Shown here one piece after another: positions 26,540 to 39,119 of a stretch of DNA of 64,000 nt. Location: the NCBI GenBank assembly GCA_965287045.1, contig OZ336898.1, positions 33,170,001 to 33,234,000 on the forward strand, given 5' to 3'. The position numbers were made by a program, and so were the translations under genes. The notes beneath the pieces are model-generated. The model was not told where the DNA came from and ran no database searches. It saw nothing but the letters and a program-made list of their open reading frames with translations. The DNA comes from Carcharhinus amblyrhynchos (lineage: Eukaryota). Every line of letters begins with the position of its first letter. Position 1 is the first letter of the stretch.

Positions 26540-27690
26540 GGGGGAATGTGCAATGAGACCTGGGTGTCCGCAGACAGTAAGGCAAGCATGCAGGTGCAGC
26601 AGGCAGTAAAGGCGGCAATTGGTATGTTAGCCTTCATAGCAAGAAGATTTGAGTGCAGGAGTAGGGATGTCTTGCTGCTATTATACAGGGCCTTAGTGAA
26701 ATCATACCTGGAATACTGTGTGCAGTTTTGGTCTCGAGTGAGGAAGGATGTTCTTGCTGTAGAAGGAATGTAGAGGTTTACTAGACTGATTCCTGGGCTG
26801 GCAGGATTGACGTACAAGGAGAGATTGATTGTGTTAGTATTATATTCACTGGAGTTCAGGAGAATGAGAGGGGTTTCTCATAGAAACATATAAATTCTAA
26901 CAGGGCTGGGCAGGGTCGATGCTGTAAGGATGTTCCCAATGGTCACAGTCCAAGGATATGGGATAAACCATTCCGCTGTTGGGGCTAAAGGGATCAAAGA
27001 CTATGGGGAGAAAGCGGGAGCAGGTTACTGATTTGGATGATCAGCTATGATCATAATATAGTACAAGAAAACATTGATAAGGCCACATTTGGAATACTGT
27101 GTACAGTTCTGGTCATCCTATTGTAGGAACGGTATTATTAAACTAGAAAGAGTGCAGAAAAGATTTACTAAGATGCCAGTACTTGATATTTTGGGTTATA
27201 AGGACAGAATGGATAGACTGGGACTTTTGTCCCGAGATAGTGGAAGACTTAGGAGTGATCTTATAGAGGTCTATAAAATAATGAGGGGTATAGATCAGCT
27301 AGATAGTTGACATTTTTTTCCCCAAAGGTAGGGGAGTCTAATACTAGAGGGCATAGGTTTAAGGTGAGAGGGGAGAGATACAAAAGTGTCCGGAGGGGCA
27401 ATTTGTTTCAGAGGATGGTGCGTGTCTGGAGCAAGCTGCCAGAGGTAGTAGTAGAGGCAGGTACAATTTTGTCTTTTAAAAAACATTTAGACAGTTACAT
27501 GGATACGATGGGTATGGAGAGATATGGGCCAAACGTGGGGAAATTGGGTCTGGCTTAGTGGTTGAAAAAAGGATGGCATGGACAAGTTGGGCAGAAGCTC
27601 CTGTTCCTGTGCAGTACACCTCTATGATTCTATGAATGGCGGAGCAGGCTCAAAGGGCTGAATGGCCTACTCCTGTTCATATTTTCTATA
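26540..27690 (+). mobile_element. Nested CR1 3' fragments (second copy ~27071-27633 inside the first)
   Basis: ORFs 26546..26773, 27074..27310 and 27307..27558. Confidence 0.88.
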
Positions 27691-30600
27691 TCTTCCAAAA
27701 TTAACCAATGGCAGGTAGCAAGGAGAGCTTCTACCATCACTAGTCACAGCTCTGGCCATAAACATGCATGTAAAAGCATGTCACCATAGAAACAAAGTCC
27801 ATTTGGAGGGGGAGGTTGGAGTATGCACCTGGTTGGGATCAAGTTAGTGCCATGAACACAGGGTTCTGGCTGGGGGCAGATTCGTGACCTGCCTCCTTGC
27901 CCTACACATGCTGGAGATCACTTCACCTTAGGATGGAACTGAAGCAAAAGATGGATAATTCTCTTGCAGTGGAAGTGAAGAATGTTTGTGTTCTTACTCT
28001 ACATGTGCGTCTGAACATTGGCTCGCACCCCCCCCAACAAAATGGTCAGTCTCCCATGCAATGGATGAGTTGTGATTGATGGTAATTTCATTGAAAAAAA
28101 AAATGAATGTAGAAAATGAGACGTTGAAGGCTACAGGCGCGAGCAGGAGAATAGAGGTGTGAGCAGGGAGATAGAGTCCAGGTTTGAGCAGTGTGTCAAC
28201 AGAGATGCAATATCTTTGCAAAGTGCTTTCACCAGTTGCTTTCTTACCAGGTACAGCCAGATCAGCTGCTTTAATGTTTTTTTGATTCTACGTTCCAGGA
28301 AAGTATTCTTCGTGAATATGTCTCTGCTCGTGATGAAACTGCAGTCTTGCAGAACTGAGAGACCTTCTGAAAAGATGATGCATCATTTGCAACTGTGATA
28401 TCCTCTGACATGAAGCAAATTGAGTGTCATTCTGCAGGGATTCTCCTCCTATAGCATTTATGGAAATACTATAGAATCTTTAGTGACCCAGAATTATATA
28501 GTTCCTCTGCTGATGTTCAGGTGAATGAGTCTGCTAGATCTTGAGAACGCTAGCTTGTCCAAAGTGTGCAATAGATATATCATCTTAACAACAGGTTACA
28601 TTTTGATTTGATTGGGAAATTATGTCCTTCTTTTGTTGAAACTACTTATACTCCTTTGGTTTGATTGCATCAATGATCTTTTCTATATTAATCGTGTCCT
28701 ATAAGGGGCCCTTATCACAGTTACTTTTGTTTGTTAACCCATTGTCATTCTAATTGGTCAAAAAAGTTGCAGAAAACACCCTGCATCCTGGGAACACCAA
28801 CAGAGAAATTATGAAAAAAGACAAACTATTGAAGCCTTTTGTCTTCAACTCATCAGGACAGATACACAAGGTAAACCAAGAGTAAAGGGCACAGCAATGC
28901 ATGAGAAGAGAGTGCTGATTGGTTGACAAGTGGTTGGAAGAGGTGTTGCCACAGAGGATGAAGCAGAGAACTGGTGTTGAAGATTCTTAGAAAAGGTAAA
29001 ATGATTCATACTGCTGTAGATATAATTGTAAATATGTCACAGTAAAGTGAAGCGTATAAGATAGGAGCACGTAATTAGCATTGTGCATGGTGTAAGAGTA
29101 CATGAAAACTAACACAGATGATATTGGGAATCGGGTGTCTTAACTTAACAATTTCACAAAGAATCAAGTCCACAGAGATACTGGGCAACACACAATGAAA
29201 CCTTTGAACAAAGGAGACTGATACTGACATGCCGACTGTGCGATTGTTGTTGAGTTTATGCACATGTTGCAAAACGTGTTCGCTAATCAGAAATGCTCAA
29301 ATTCTGGCAGAGATTGCAGTCTACAGAAATGGTGAATGGATGGGACACAAATGAATTCAGGGAAATGTTATTTTTGCTCACTTTACAGTTGATGGAGTAG
29401 GAGCCAACACTTCCAGCATCACCATTCACACCAGGTTAGGTTCAGGCTCGTAACTAATTCAGGATCTATCAAAGGTGTTTTGGGGAAATACAGGATGTAG
29501 AGGACACAGCCAGTCTTTGCTCTTTGGATTGGAGTGTTATATTTAAATTAATTGCAAGACACCAACTTGACATTAAGTTTAGATATTCATTCCCTGCACC
29601 TAAACAGTAATTCCTGGATTGCAGTTGCTACTGCTCAGGCCAACATTTGTTACTCATCTCGACTTTCTCTGAATTGAGTACCTTGCTAGGCCACTCCAGA
29701 GGGTACTGAGAGACAACACAATTAGTGTAGAGCTGCAGTTTCAAATAGGGCAGACGGGGTAAAAATGATAGGTTCCATTTTCTGAAGATTATTAGTAGAA
29801 CAGTTGGATTTTTATAATGTTACAAATTCATGGTTATTTTTACCAATACCAGCTTTATATTTCTTGATTATTAGAAAAATAATTCAAATTTTCAAATTTC
29901 AAGGTAAGATTTGATTTTTCATTCCCTGGAGCTTGGATATAAAAGTTTCACTGCCCTAATACATTGTTCTCATTAACAACTTGAGTTTGGATATGTACCA
30001 CAGCTTTAGTAGAACAATTTTTAGATCCGATTAAGGCTTTAGATGGAAGTTACGAGGGAAGAAGCCTTGAGAAGATTTTCAAAGATGGAGAGGCCAAGGG
30101 AATACCAGAGATTAGAATGAAGGAAGCTGAAGATTTTGGTATTTAAGATGGGGTGGGGAGGATGAAGAGGAGCCTGGAGTCAGAGGAGCAATGCATTCGT
30201 GTTTTAAAACTGGAGCATTTTCAGAATAACCGGGAATCCCCCCTCCACCACATACCAGATGCAGTAAGGCATTGGCGGCTGGCAAAATCTTCTGGTACAA
30301 CCAAAAGCTTTTGCATGGCTCACCCACCCCATTGCCAGAGCGCACTTGTAAGAGGTGCTGGAAATTCCGTCCATTGGGTAGGTTAAGGTTGGTGAGAAAC
30401 TTATTGACAAAAATATTTAATTGTGAGTTATGTAACAAATTCTAGGCAATGGAAGAGCAGGACATGACTGAAAAAGAAGTTTTTACAGGTCTGAGATTCT
30501 GGAGGCAGTGAAAGGAGGCCAGCAAGCAGATATTAGGATAGTTATGTATGGAGGCAATGAAGACAGGTAAAGTTTTGTTAGTGAGGGAGGTGCAAAGGGA

Positions 30601-31614
30601 AGGATAGAAGGATCTTGATGATGGGTAGGATATAGGGTTTAATGCTCACTGCACTGTCAAACACACAAGTAGGACACACATCCTGTTCCAGGATGCGGTT
30701 TGTCAGCATCGAGACAGGGGGTGTAAGGTGAAATCATGTGCACCAAACTAGTACATAGTCGGTTAGATTACCCTCAGTATACCTGAAATATTCAATCAAT
30801 GAGAGAACCAGAACAAAGATGATTTGGGTTGATGTTGCCTTTTTTTATGTAATGCAGCTGAGATCCTGTGTAATGGAACAATGCGACACTGCTGAATTGT
30901 GCAAGTCCGGCTCATCACTATACAGTACAAAAAAAACAGAGGAAAATCAACTCCAGTTTCAATACAAGGTTGGCAGCAGCAAGAGGTGTCCAATATGTAC
31001 AGGAATCACAAACAGAATCCAGTATTTACACATAGTTACAACAACATTGCTTTTCACACTTTACACCAAGACACAAAGTAAAACCAAAAAGACAGAAAAA
31101 GAGACAGATCAATTACAGGTAGCAATTGACATCATTCGGTGACTTTCTCCCAGTACTAGATCCATCAGGAATTCAGAAGTGTCGCAAAGTTGGGCTAGAT
31201 TTCTCCTAAAGAATACCGCCAATACATTTCTCAAATGTCGTAAGTCTTACCAGCACGAGTTAAGCACAAACTTCTTGACCCGTTTCCTCAGGCACTGGGT
31301 GAAACATACACTTCACGCTGTTCCCATAGTTTGAAACAACTGGCTCACTCTAATTGGAGCTGCTGCAACACTGATCCCTTCGTATATCAAGACTGACGAT
31401 GTATTTAGTGATAATCCAAAATAGCTCAGATGTCATTTTACACTGTCCACATGGAGCACTTTGCAGAGATTGAAACGAGCTAGTTGCATGGGGAATCGTG
31501 GACATCACAGCACAGAAATATCACTCAGCAGAAATCATTGTTCCTGTTCATTATCCCACCTTTAAAAGAAGCTTGCTTGTACCCAGAGATTTCACTTCCA
31601 GCAATAAAAACTGA

Positions 31615-32545
31615 GAATACTAGCAACCTGAAATAAACAGAAAATGCTGCAAACATCCATCAGGTCTGACAAAGGTGGGCTCAAAAGAAATGGGAAGAGG
31701 AACCATGCACGTGGCTCCTCAAGTCTGTTCTACAATTCAACAAGACTGTGACTGAACTTCTACTTCAATTCCACTTTCCCACATCAGTTGTCCAACCTGA
31801 AATGTTAGTCCATCATTTTCAGAGGATGACAGACCTGCTTATTCCATTTGTTTTGACTTGCTTTTCACTTTGGGGTCTGCTATATCACTGTGCATACACA
31901 TCTTACATGCTAAAAGATAGCTACACTGGGAGTGAGGGAGGTATGAACTGCTGCTTAGGATGGTGAACCAATCACCATGATCAGAAAGATAATTAACTCT
32001 TTATAGCCTCTTGATAGATTCTGCCTGATCTACTCAACATTTCAAACATTTTCCATTTTTATTACACCTTCTCTGAACCCATGCCGTTTCAATTCTTTTC
32101 TCATTATCAGTTTCTTCTGCCTTGCATTATCATTCCTTTTGTCATTTAACCACTTATGTCCTCTACACTACCACAAACCTTCCCTTTTGTTCGATTCTCC
32201 TCATCCTTCTGCCTCTGTATTTTCCTAACTTTATCTCAAACTTTGTTCGGTTCTGATGAAAAGTCATCAACCAGATATATTACGTTTGTTTTATCTCTCC
32301 ACATGTGATGCATGACCATTCCTGCATTTACATCTAATGATACAATAACTGTTTGAAAATTGACCTCCCTCACACTGTTATACTTAATTTCTGAAAATAT
32401 CAAGTCTTGATGTTTAAATGACTCAAGAAGGAATGTGAAAATCAGTCTCAATACCTGAAGTGTCATACGGACTTGAAACGTTAACTGTTTTTCTCTCTAC
32501 AGATGTTGCCAGGCCTGCTGAGTTTTCCAGCATTTTCTGTTTTAA
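31615..32545. mobile_element. Scattered Penelope-derived terminal/hairpin relics
   Basis: Motifs cagaaaatgctg..., gaaacgttaac...acagatg.tgcc...cctgctgagt.ttccagcattt, also present at 3707-3810, 22262-22360, 40781-41030 and 51215-51330. Confidence 0.55.
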
Positions 32546-32989
32546 ATTTCAATATCTGAAGCCTTGCTTTGAAGGTTGACAGATCAAGGGGTTCTCCTCT
32601 TCAAGAATCCTTGGCCAGTATAGTGCATAATTTCAGCATATTACAGCAGCCTTGCCAAGTACTGCCTGCAATCTATGCATTACAATTCAACACACAGGAG
32701 ATCATCTCAGACTATTGGGTAGAAACCTCACTGCTGGGCTCATTAGCAGAATGGAAATAACAGATGTCCAGTTGTTTGGTTCAGTTTTCAGACTGGAAGA
32801 TTTTGTTAGAGAGATTTGATGTGAAAACTGCCTTAACTTCTGAATAAAACTGAACGGTGGTATAAATCAACATGAACAATGTCACTGTAGGACAAGGTTA
32901 AGGTTAGTGGCTCCCAATGGTTGTTACTGACTCACTTGTTAATCCAATAATATTTGTCCCATAACATTTGTGTACCAGGGTGGGCATTG

Positions 32990-34413
32990 CTACAAAAATA
33001 ATCACAGTTTTAATATCCTTTCCAGGTTAAATATTTTACTGAATGTCACTGTAAATTATAGGAACATTATATAAACAAATCTACACACGTGACTCAGAAA
33101 CAAGAGGTCTGTTTGAGTAATTCACAGTGTTACTGCTTCTCCTGCAGACTGTGCACGAACATTAATATTGAGTCTGAAACACCTTTAAACATCTGCAAGA
33201 AGGGGTAGTCCAAACAGGGCAGGGGAGGTGACGATGGCTCAACTTCAAAACAATTGTAGATTACAGGGATTTCAGGCCAACATTATCAGCTCACGCGAAG
33301 CACCAGCCTCCACGTGCTCAGGAACCCCTCACACGCAGCCCCAGTACACACCATAGCATTGGTCATTTGCTAGCATGGGACAAGGCTTTGCTCCTACTTA
33401 CGTCACAATGAGAGCACAACCCCAGCCAGAGCACAGAGATATAGAAAGGATTGCTCCACGAGGGAGTCTTGTAGTTACGTGCAATTTATATACTGGATTC
33501 AAACTGGTAACGAAAATGATAAAGCTTTGATATATTCAATTAGACGGTGCAATCTGACACTCAAATCTCAGTTAGTTTCAAGCCCTGGAACGGTAAATTA
33601 GTATCTACATACAAGCATAGTGAACAAAAAATAGATATATTGAAAATCAGCTGAATTCACTAACTGTCAAACTTCAATAACTGTTAGATATGGCTGGCAT
33701 CGAGGTGGCCCGACGGGAGTTGGATATATGGCCACTCTACAACAGCTAGCTGCCATTTTGTGTTTTATTCTCAACTAATTGTTTTTCCCAGTATGCCTGA
33801 AGTCACAAGACATGAGTACAGGGCTAGCTCTGTGCTTCTCATCAACTACATTTCCAAAATAGAGGGAGAATAACTCTCTCAGAGACTGCGTTACTGACAC
33901 AAAGGTGAAGAAAAATCAACTGGAACAGTAAATGTTCCCCAAAGTCTCCGGCTGGGGATGAGGTGTCTTCACAGAGGTAGAGCCAAACCTGCAGCAGGGG
34001 AATGGAGGTTGTGGGAGAGACAAGGTGACGGAGGGTTGCTTAATGCAGAGCCAGCCCTGCAGGGGTAATTAGGATAGGGCTAAAGGGTAATTGATCGAGG
34101 CAGAGCAGGTAACAAACTCTCCTCAGTGGCTTCACTGATCCAAATCATTTTTCTCACTTGAAGCAAACAAGGAAGATAATTCCCTTAACTGTTGAGCCCT
34201 CATGCTGTTTTCAGCTAATTATTAACACTGAGCTGAGAATCATTCACCAAGGGCACAAATGCAATCTCACGTTTCATACATGTACTTGAAATACACAACA
34301 CAAAAGATCCAATATTCGCCATATTTTGTGTTTAAAAACAGTACTCTGGTTATCTTTTTTAAAAATAAAGCAGTCTACTGCCCAGCAGAGACTGCATAGG
34401 ATAAAATTTCTGC
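32990..34413 (-). other. ARHGAP32: Probable ARHGAP32 3' UTR (3' end uncertain)
   Basis: Repeat-free stretch after the stop codon. Minus-strand AATAAA at 33764-33769 and ATTAAA at 33009-33014, the latter with upstream UGUA/AU-rich and downstream U/GU-rich sequence. A longer isoform toward ~30800 cannot be excluded. Confidence 0.5.
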
Positions 34414-36720
34414 TCATTCCACGTGTACTTCTGCTTCAGATCTCTGCAAGGCTAGCTCTGTCGCCATGAAGCTTCCTTGGCCTAAAGCAGTGCTAAATGT
34501 CCTCCCCTGGGGATGAGTGAAACCCAGAGGTACAAACGGGGCACTTCCCCCCAGACCTCCCCTCTGCTGCTGGGACAGAGTGTGATAGTCATCTAAGTTA
34601 TCATACTGAGACATCACTGTCAATGTACTGTGCCGCTTACTGCCTGCATGCCCCAGGCATGGGTATGGGTACGAGAAAGATTGTTCCCTAACCAAGGGTT
34701 CTGGGTGCTGTTGAAATCTGGTGCTGTAACTTCTCTCCAGTTGGCTGGATACTAATGGCCTGGCAGACTCATCCTCCTCACTGTAGCAGTCTCTGGAAGA
34801 CTGGTCTCCTCCAATCCCTCGCACTTTGGGTCTTTCCAATTCTGACCTTTCATTAGCTGCTCGGAAGGATTCTTCATAACTCCGTAAAGGCTCGTGAGAA
34901 GAAAGCACATATTTACCAGTTGCAGATGGATATGTTCGTGAGTCTGAGTGATCTGGTCTATGCTTCAGCCCATAGCCAGTTGGAACAGCAGTGTGTGTGC
35001 TGTAAATCTGTCCCCCTTTTGAGTCTGCAGACGGCCTTTGACAGGAATCATACTGAGATAGATCATAGGGAGATTCATGTGGCCTCCTGGCCCTATTGGT
35101 GCTCTGTTTCTGAGGAAGTGCTGGCTTCTCCAGCTGTCCATTTCCAAAGGGTCCGTGGTGATGGGCCGATGGCTCAATATATGGCCCGCTATCCAGTTCA
35201 CAGTCCGTGTGTTGATAGATGTAAGGTGGGTCAGGGTCTGGAGTCTTTGAGGTGGCAGGATACCACCTTTCCTTACCCTCATTCGCCATCATACCAGTTT
35301 TCCCAGGATCAGATTTGCTTCTGGAATGGATGATGTCCAGCCCCCCAAATTCTTCCTGCAGGACAGGGGTTACGTTGTCGTACTGCGACATCACTAAACC
35401 CTTGGTTTTCTGACGGCTGCGGATTTCCCGTCGAATGGACTGGAAGCGGGATTTCTCAGCCTCCTCCGGATCCCACATCATATGGGTCAGTTTCACATCT
35501 GGAGAGGGTGGCACATCACGACTTACAAAACTGTGCTCTCGACTCATCACATTGGCATGAGCACTACTGCGTGGATAGGGCGGTGTCCCGGGATATGGAA
35601 AAATTTTACCCTGAAATCTGCCACCATAGGGCGGGATATCCCGACTGGTAAAAGAGTGGAACTGCCTCAGCTTTATCGAACCATAGGGGTCTGAAAAGTC
35701 ATAAATCATGCCATCAGTCCCATGTAGGTTGTGGCCAGAGGTGGAGTAAGGGCTGTACCTGTACTGAACTCGGCCATTCTCAAAGTACGGCTGTAGTTGA
35801 GTGACGTGATAATCAGACTGTGGTGGTGGTGCTTGGCAGGCTTTATATTGATAGATGGGTCTCTGGTAGAAGAAACGCTCATCAGCTGCAGGCACCTCAG
35901 ATCTTGAAATGGGAACCGATCGAATGGAAGATGGAGGCACATGTAGAGAATGAACCCGCCTTATCGTGGGGTACACTGGCTCCTCAAACTGAGAATGTGG
36001 ACACACAAACGCTCGCATGGCAGGATTCCCCACTGGAACGTAGTCTGACCTTGAAAGCCGAGGTTTGGGAAGGTGAACGGAGACTGCTTTAGGCTGGCTG
36101 CTAAAACTATTAAATCGAGATGTAGCCGAGGGGGTGTTCTCAGGTCGTGGTCCATACAATAGATGCTGGGGTGTGCTTTCTGATCTGGACTGATAGGACA
36201 AGTGCTGGGGGACACTGTCTGCTCGGCACTGGTAGACTAGTGGCTGCATTGAATGAGCATTCTTCTGCTGGAAGTGGTTGCCTAGATCTGGCAAGTTTTC
36301 CATTTTGGAATGATACGGATGTGACTGGCAAAGAAAAGGTGGTTTGGGAGGAGGAGGTGGAGGTAAGGCATCCTCTATAGATGATGGGATGGTTGTCGAA
36401 GCTAAGAGTGATTGAAAATTGGAGGCAGTGATGGTATCAGACATGGAATGACTAGGCAGCACCCGACTTTCCACAGATCGGAGCGGTGGCACTGGTGGAA
36501 TGTTACTGTAATTACTGCGATCCACAGGTACAGACTCAGCTCTTGGTTTTACTGCTGGTGCTTGGTCTCTTGTTTTCTCCTGGTGTCCACTGTGAATGGC
36601 CATGACCGTGGCAGGGCGGGGAACATAGCTGTTACTAGAGTTGAAAGCTGAGCCTGACTGCTCAGGAACACATGGCTCTGACTGCTTCACGGAAATTCCT
36701 ACAGAAACTGCTGTGCGAAC
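34414..36720 (-). CDS. ARHGAP32: ARHGAP32 terminal coding exon (768 aa + TGA; ends ...ALGQGSFMATELALQRSEAEVHVE)
   Basis: ORF 34414..36690 extended in frame to the acceptor tttccag|GTT at 36720. Diagnostic motifs SDYHVTQLQPYFENGRV.YRYSPY, RSKSDPGKTG and MSQYDN (twice). C-terminus resembles mammalian ...ELSLQHPETQIHAE. Confidence 0.96.
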   Translation of the reverse strand, partial: VRTAVSVGISVKQSEPCVPEQSGSAFNSSNSYVPRPATVMAIHSGHQEKTRDQAPAVKPRAESVPVDRSNYSNIPPVPPLRSVESRVLPSHSMSDTITASNFQSLLASTTIPSSIEDALPPPPPPKPPFLCQSHPYHSKMENLPDLGNHFQQKNAHSMQPLVYQCRADSVPQHLSYQSRSESTPQHLLYGPRPENTPSATSRFNSFSSQPKAVSVHLPKPRLSRSDYVPVGNPAMRAFVCPHSQFEEPVYPTIRRVHSLHVPPSSIRSVPISRSEVPAADERFFYQRPIYQYKACQAPPPQSDYHVTQLQPYFENGRVQYRYSPYSTSGHNLHGTDGMIYDFSDPYGSIKLRQFHSFTSRDIPPYGGRFQGKIFPYPGTPPYPRSSAHANVMSREHSFVSRDVPPSPDVKLTHMMWDPEEAEKSRFQSIRREIRSRQKTKGLVMSQYDNVTPVLQEEFGGLDIIHSRSKSDPGKTGMMANEGKERWYPATSKTPDPDPPYIYQHTDCELDSGPYIEPSAHHHGPFGNGQLEKPALPQKQSTNRARRPHESPYDLSQYDSCQRPSADSKGGQIYSTHTAVPTGYGLKHRPDHSDSRTYPSATGKYVLSSHEPLRSYEESFRAANERSELERPKVRGIGGDQSSRDCYSEEDESARPLVSSQLERSYSTRFQQHPEPLVREQSFSYPYPCLGHAGSKRHSTLTVMSQYDNLDDYHTLSQQQRGGLGGSAPFVPLGFTHPQGRTFSTALGQGSFMATELALQRSEAEVHVE

Positions 36721-37439
36721 CTGGAAAGGAAGAGAAAAACATCAATGACAGTTACCAAATTTTAAGAAATAATTTGTTCCGATATTATTTGAAGTATTGG
36801 TGTTTCCTTTCTCCTACCCCATACCATGAACAATTCTCTAGCCAGGTTTGATCCTTCTTTTGATGCTTGAAGTTGCGAGTCAGTGTTCTGCACAAAGCAG
36901 CCCTCCAATTTCCTCTCTTTCCCTGCCTGCTGAATCCTGCTCTGTTGCCTCCAACTCTCTGCCTGGACCTCTCCAAGACCACGGACTGCATGAACGTTCA
37001 ACTCCCCTGACAGCAAGCCTTAGATCAGTGACTCTAATCCCAGGACCATGGTTCAGGCATTCCTGTATAAGAAGCTGAAATTGCTTTTTGTTTTGCATAT
37101 AAATTTTGTTACGTCTGAGGAAAGTAAATTGAACGGCGTAACAATAACATTTTCAAATTATTGTTTGAAGAGTGAAAACAATCTCCATATTTAAAAAGAG
37201 TTTTCAACTCTTAAGGTTCGGAGTGATCAGATTCTCACAGAAAGGGATAAACACACTAGACAGCGACAATGTAAACATTTTAGAATAAATGCAAAAGAGA
37301 TTTAAAGTCAGGTATCACATCTTCCACTTGTGTATAAGTGTGGAAACTTTGTGCACTACAGCACACAGCTCTGAAAAGCCCTCCTTATTAACTTCCGGAG
37401 GCTTGTGTCAAAACTGGGAAAGCAGTTACACAGAATAAT

Positions 37440-38190
37440 CAAGCAATAGCCTGACACAGTCACACGTACAGAATTTTAACTCAGCCAATGTTCCGGACAC
37501 CATCACAATTCTTGGGTATGCCCCACTGGCAGAACAGACACGGCAGAATGGTATATGGTCAGGAAGCTTCCCTTGACATTCAATGGCATTGCCATCTCTG
37601 AATCCTCACAAGTGGCATCTAAAAGTTACCACTGATTAGAAACTGAACTGTATCTGTCGCTACAAGAACAGGTCAGAGGTCAGTCATCTCCTGACTCCCC
37701 AAAGCTGTCCACCATCTACATGGCAATCTTCACTTGCCTGATGAGTGTAGCTCTAACAACACTCGGGGAGCTTGACTGGCACTTCATCCATCAACTTCAA
37801 CACTCATTCCCTCCATCAGTGACAGACAGTGGCAGCAGGGCGTACTATCTATAAGATGTACTGTAGGAACTCACCAAGACTTATTTGACAGTACTTTACA
37901 AATCTGTGGCCTCTACCATCTAGAACGACATGGACAGCAGACGCATGAAATACCACCACCTGTAAGTATCCCTCCATGCCTTACACCACCCCAAATTGGA
38001 ACTATTTCATTCCTTCACTGTTTTTGAGTAAAAATCCAAGAATTCCCTCCCAGCAGCACTGTGGGCGTATCTATAATTGCAGGAGCTGCAGCAGTTCAAG
38101 GCAGCAGCTCACCACTACCTTCTCAAGGGCAACTAGGGATGGGAAATAACTGATTACCTTGCCAGTAACACATGGCATGAAAGAATAAAA
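37440..38190 (+). mobile_element. Old CR1/L2-group LINE 3' region with distinct tail (related pieces at 38465-38570 -, 47160-48540 +, 60800-61960 -)
   Basis: Shared tail ...ctgcagcagttcaaggcagcagctcaccactaccttctcaagggcaactagggatggg. Confidence 0.7.
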
Positions 38191-39119
38191 ATCAGAAAAT
38201 AAATTCTGTAAAATTGCAAATTAACAAATATTTAAATGTTCAAGACAGACACAGATAAACATATTCTCAACATAAAGCCACAAGCATCATTCCTGACTGA
38301 TGTTCCCTCTATTTATTTTGGTCATATGCAATTTATCCATTCAAGTACACAGGACCATCTTAATTTTTTTTGTGTGGCTGCAGAAATGCAGTAATTTACA
38401 GGGGAAGGACTCGTGTTGGGTCTATGTGGGCGGGTCCAGGTTGCTGCACAGTTTCAAGGGACCTTTTATTTCATTTATTTATGGGATGTGGCCATCGCTG
38501 GTATTTATTGCCCATCCCTAGTTGCCCTTGAGAAGGTGGTACTGAGCTGCCTTCTTGAACCCCTGTGACTATTAGCAAATCCAGCTAAAATTAGCACAAG
38601 TCTAAGGTGGGAAGGAAATTTTAAAATAAATTACTTCACAAGATATTAGTAATGTTTAGGACATGTTCACTTTTGATCAGATGTATTTCTTTCTACATGC
38701 ATTTAAGGGTTTATCTCCCCTTGTCTAAATGGGAGTTACAAGGCTGCTATGCTGGTACAGCTTCCATGCTGTTACACACAACTTCTCTTCCCCCCACTTG
38801 TCAATGACTCAGTTCAAATTAATTCAAGCCCTCAAACACTAAATAAGCTGAAAAATCAAACTGATAACAGAATAGCCCAGTAATAGAATTCCATTTTTGA
38901 GTAAAAATTTCCATTTAGTCATTTTCCCCCTGAACAGAATGTGACTTCTTTGAGTGGACAAATTGTTTAAGATCATTCAGTTCTATTCAAAAATACTGAA
39001 CACATATAAAAAAGAAAATCGATTCAGATTTATTTTATTAAAGTTGTATGAGATGACACAGTTTGGCAGCTCATGCACCCTTAGGCAGCAGTGATCACAA
39101 TATGCCAGAATTTTACATT

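Noticed and set aside
34920-36651. Plus-strand and alternate-frame ORFs overlapping the terminal exon (also 54629..54943, 54010..54420)
   Set aside because: Shadows of the ARHGAP32 coding strand with no independent motifs.
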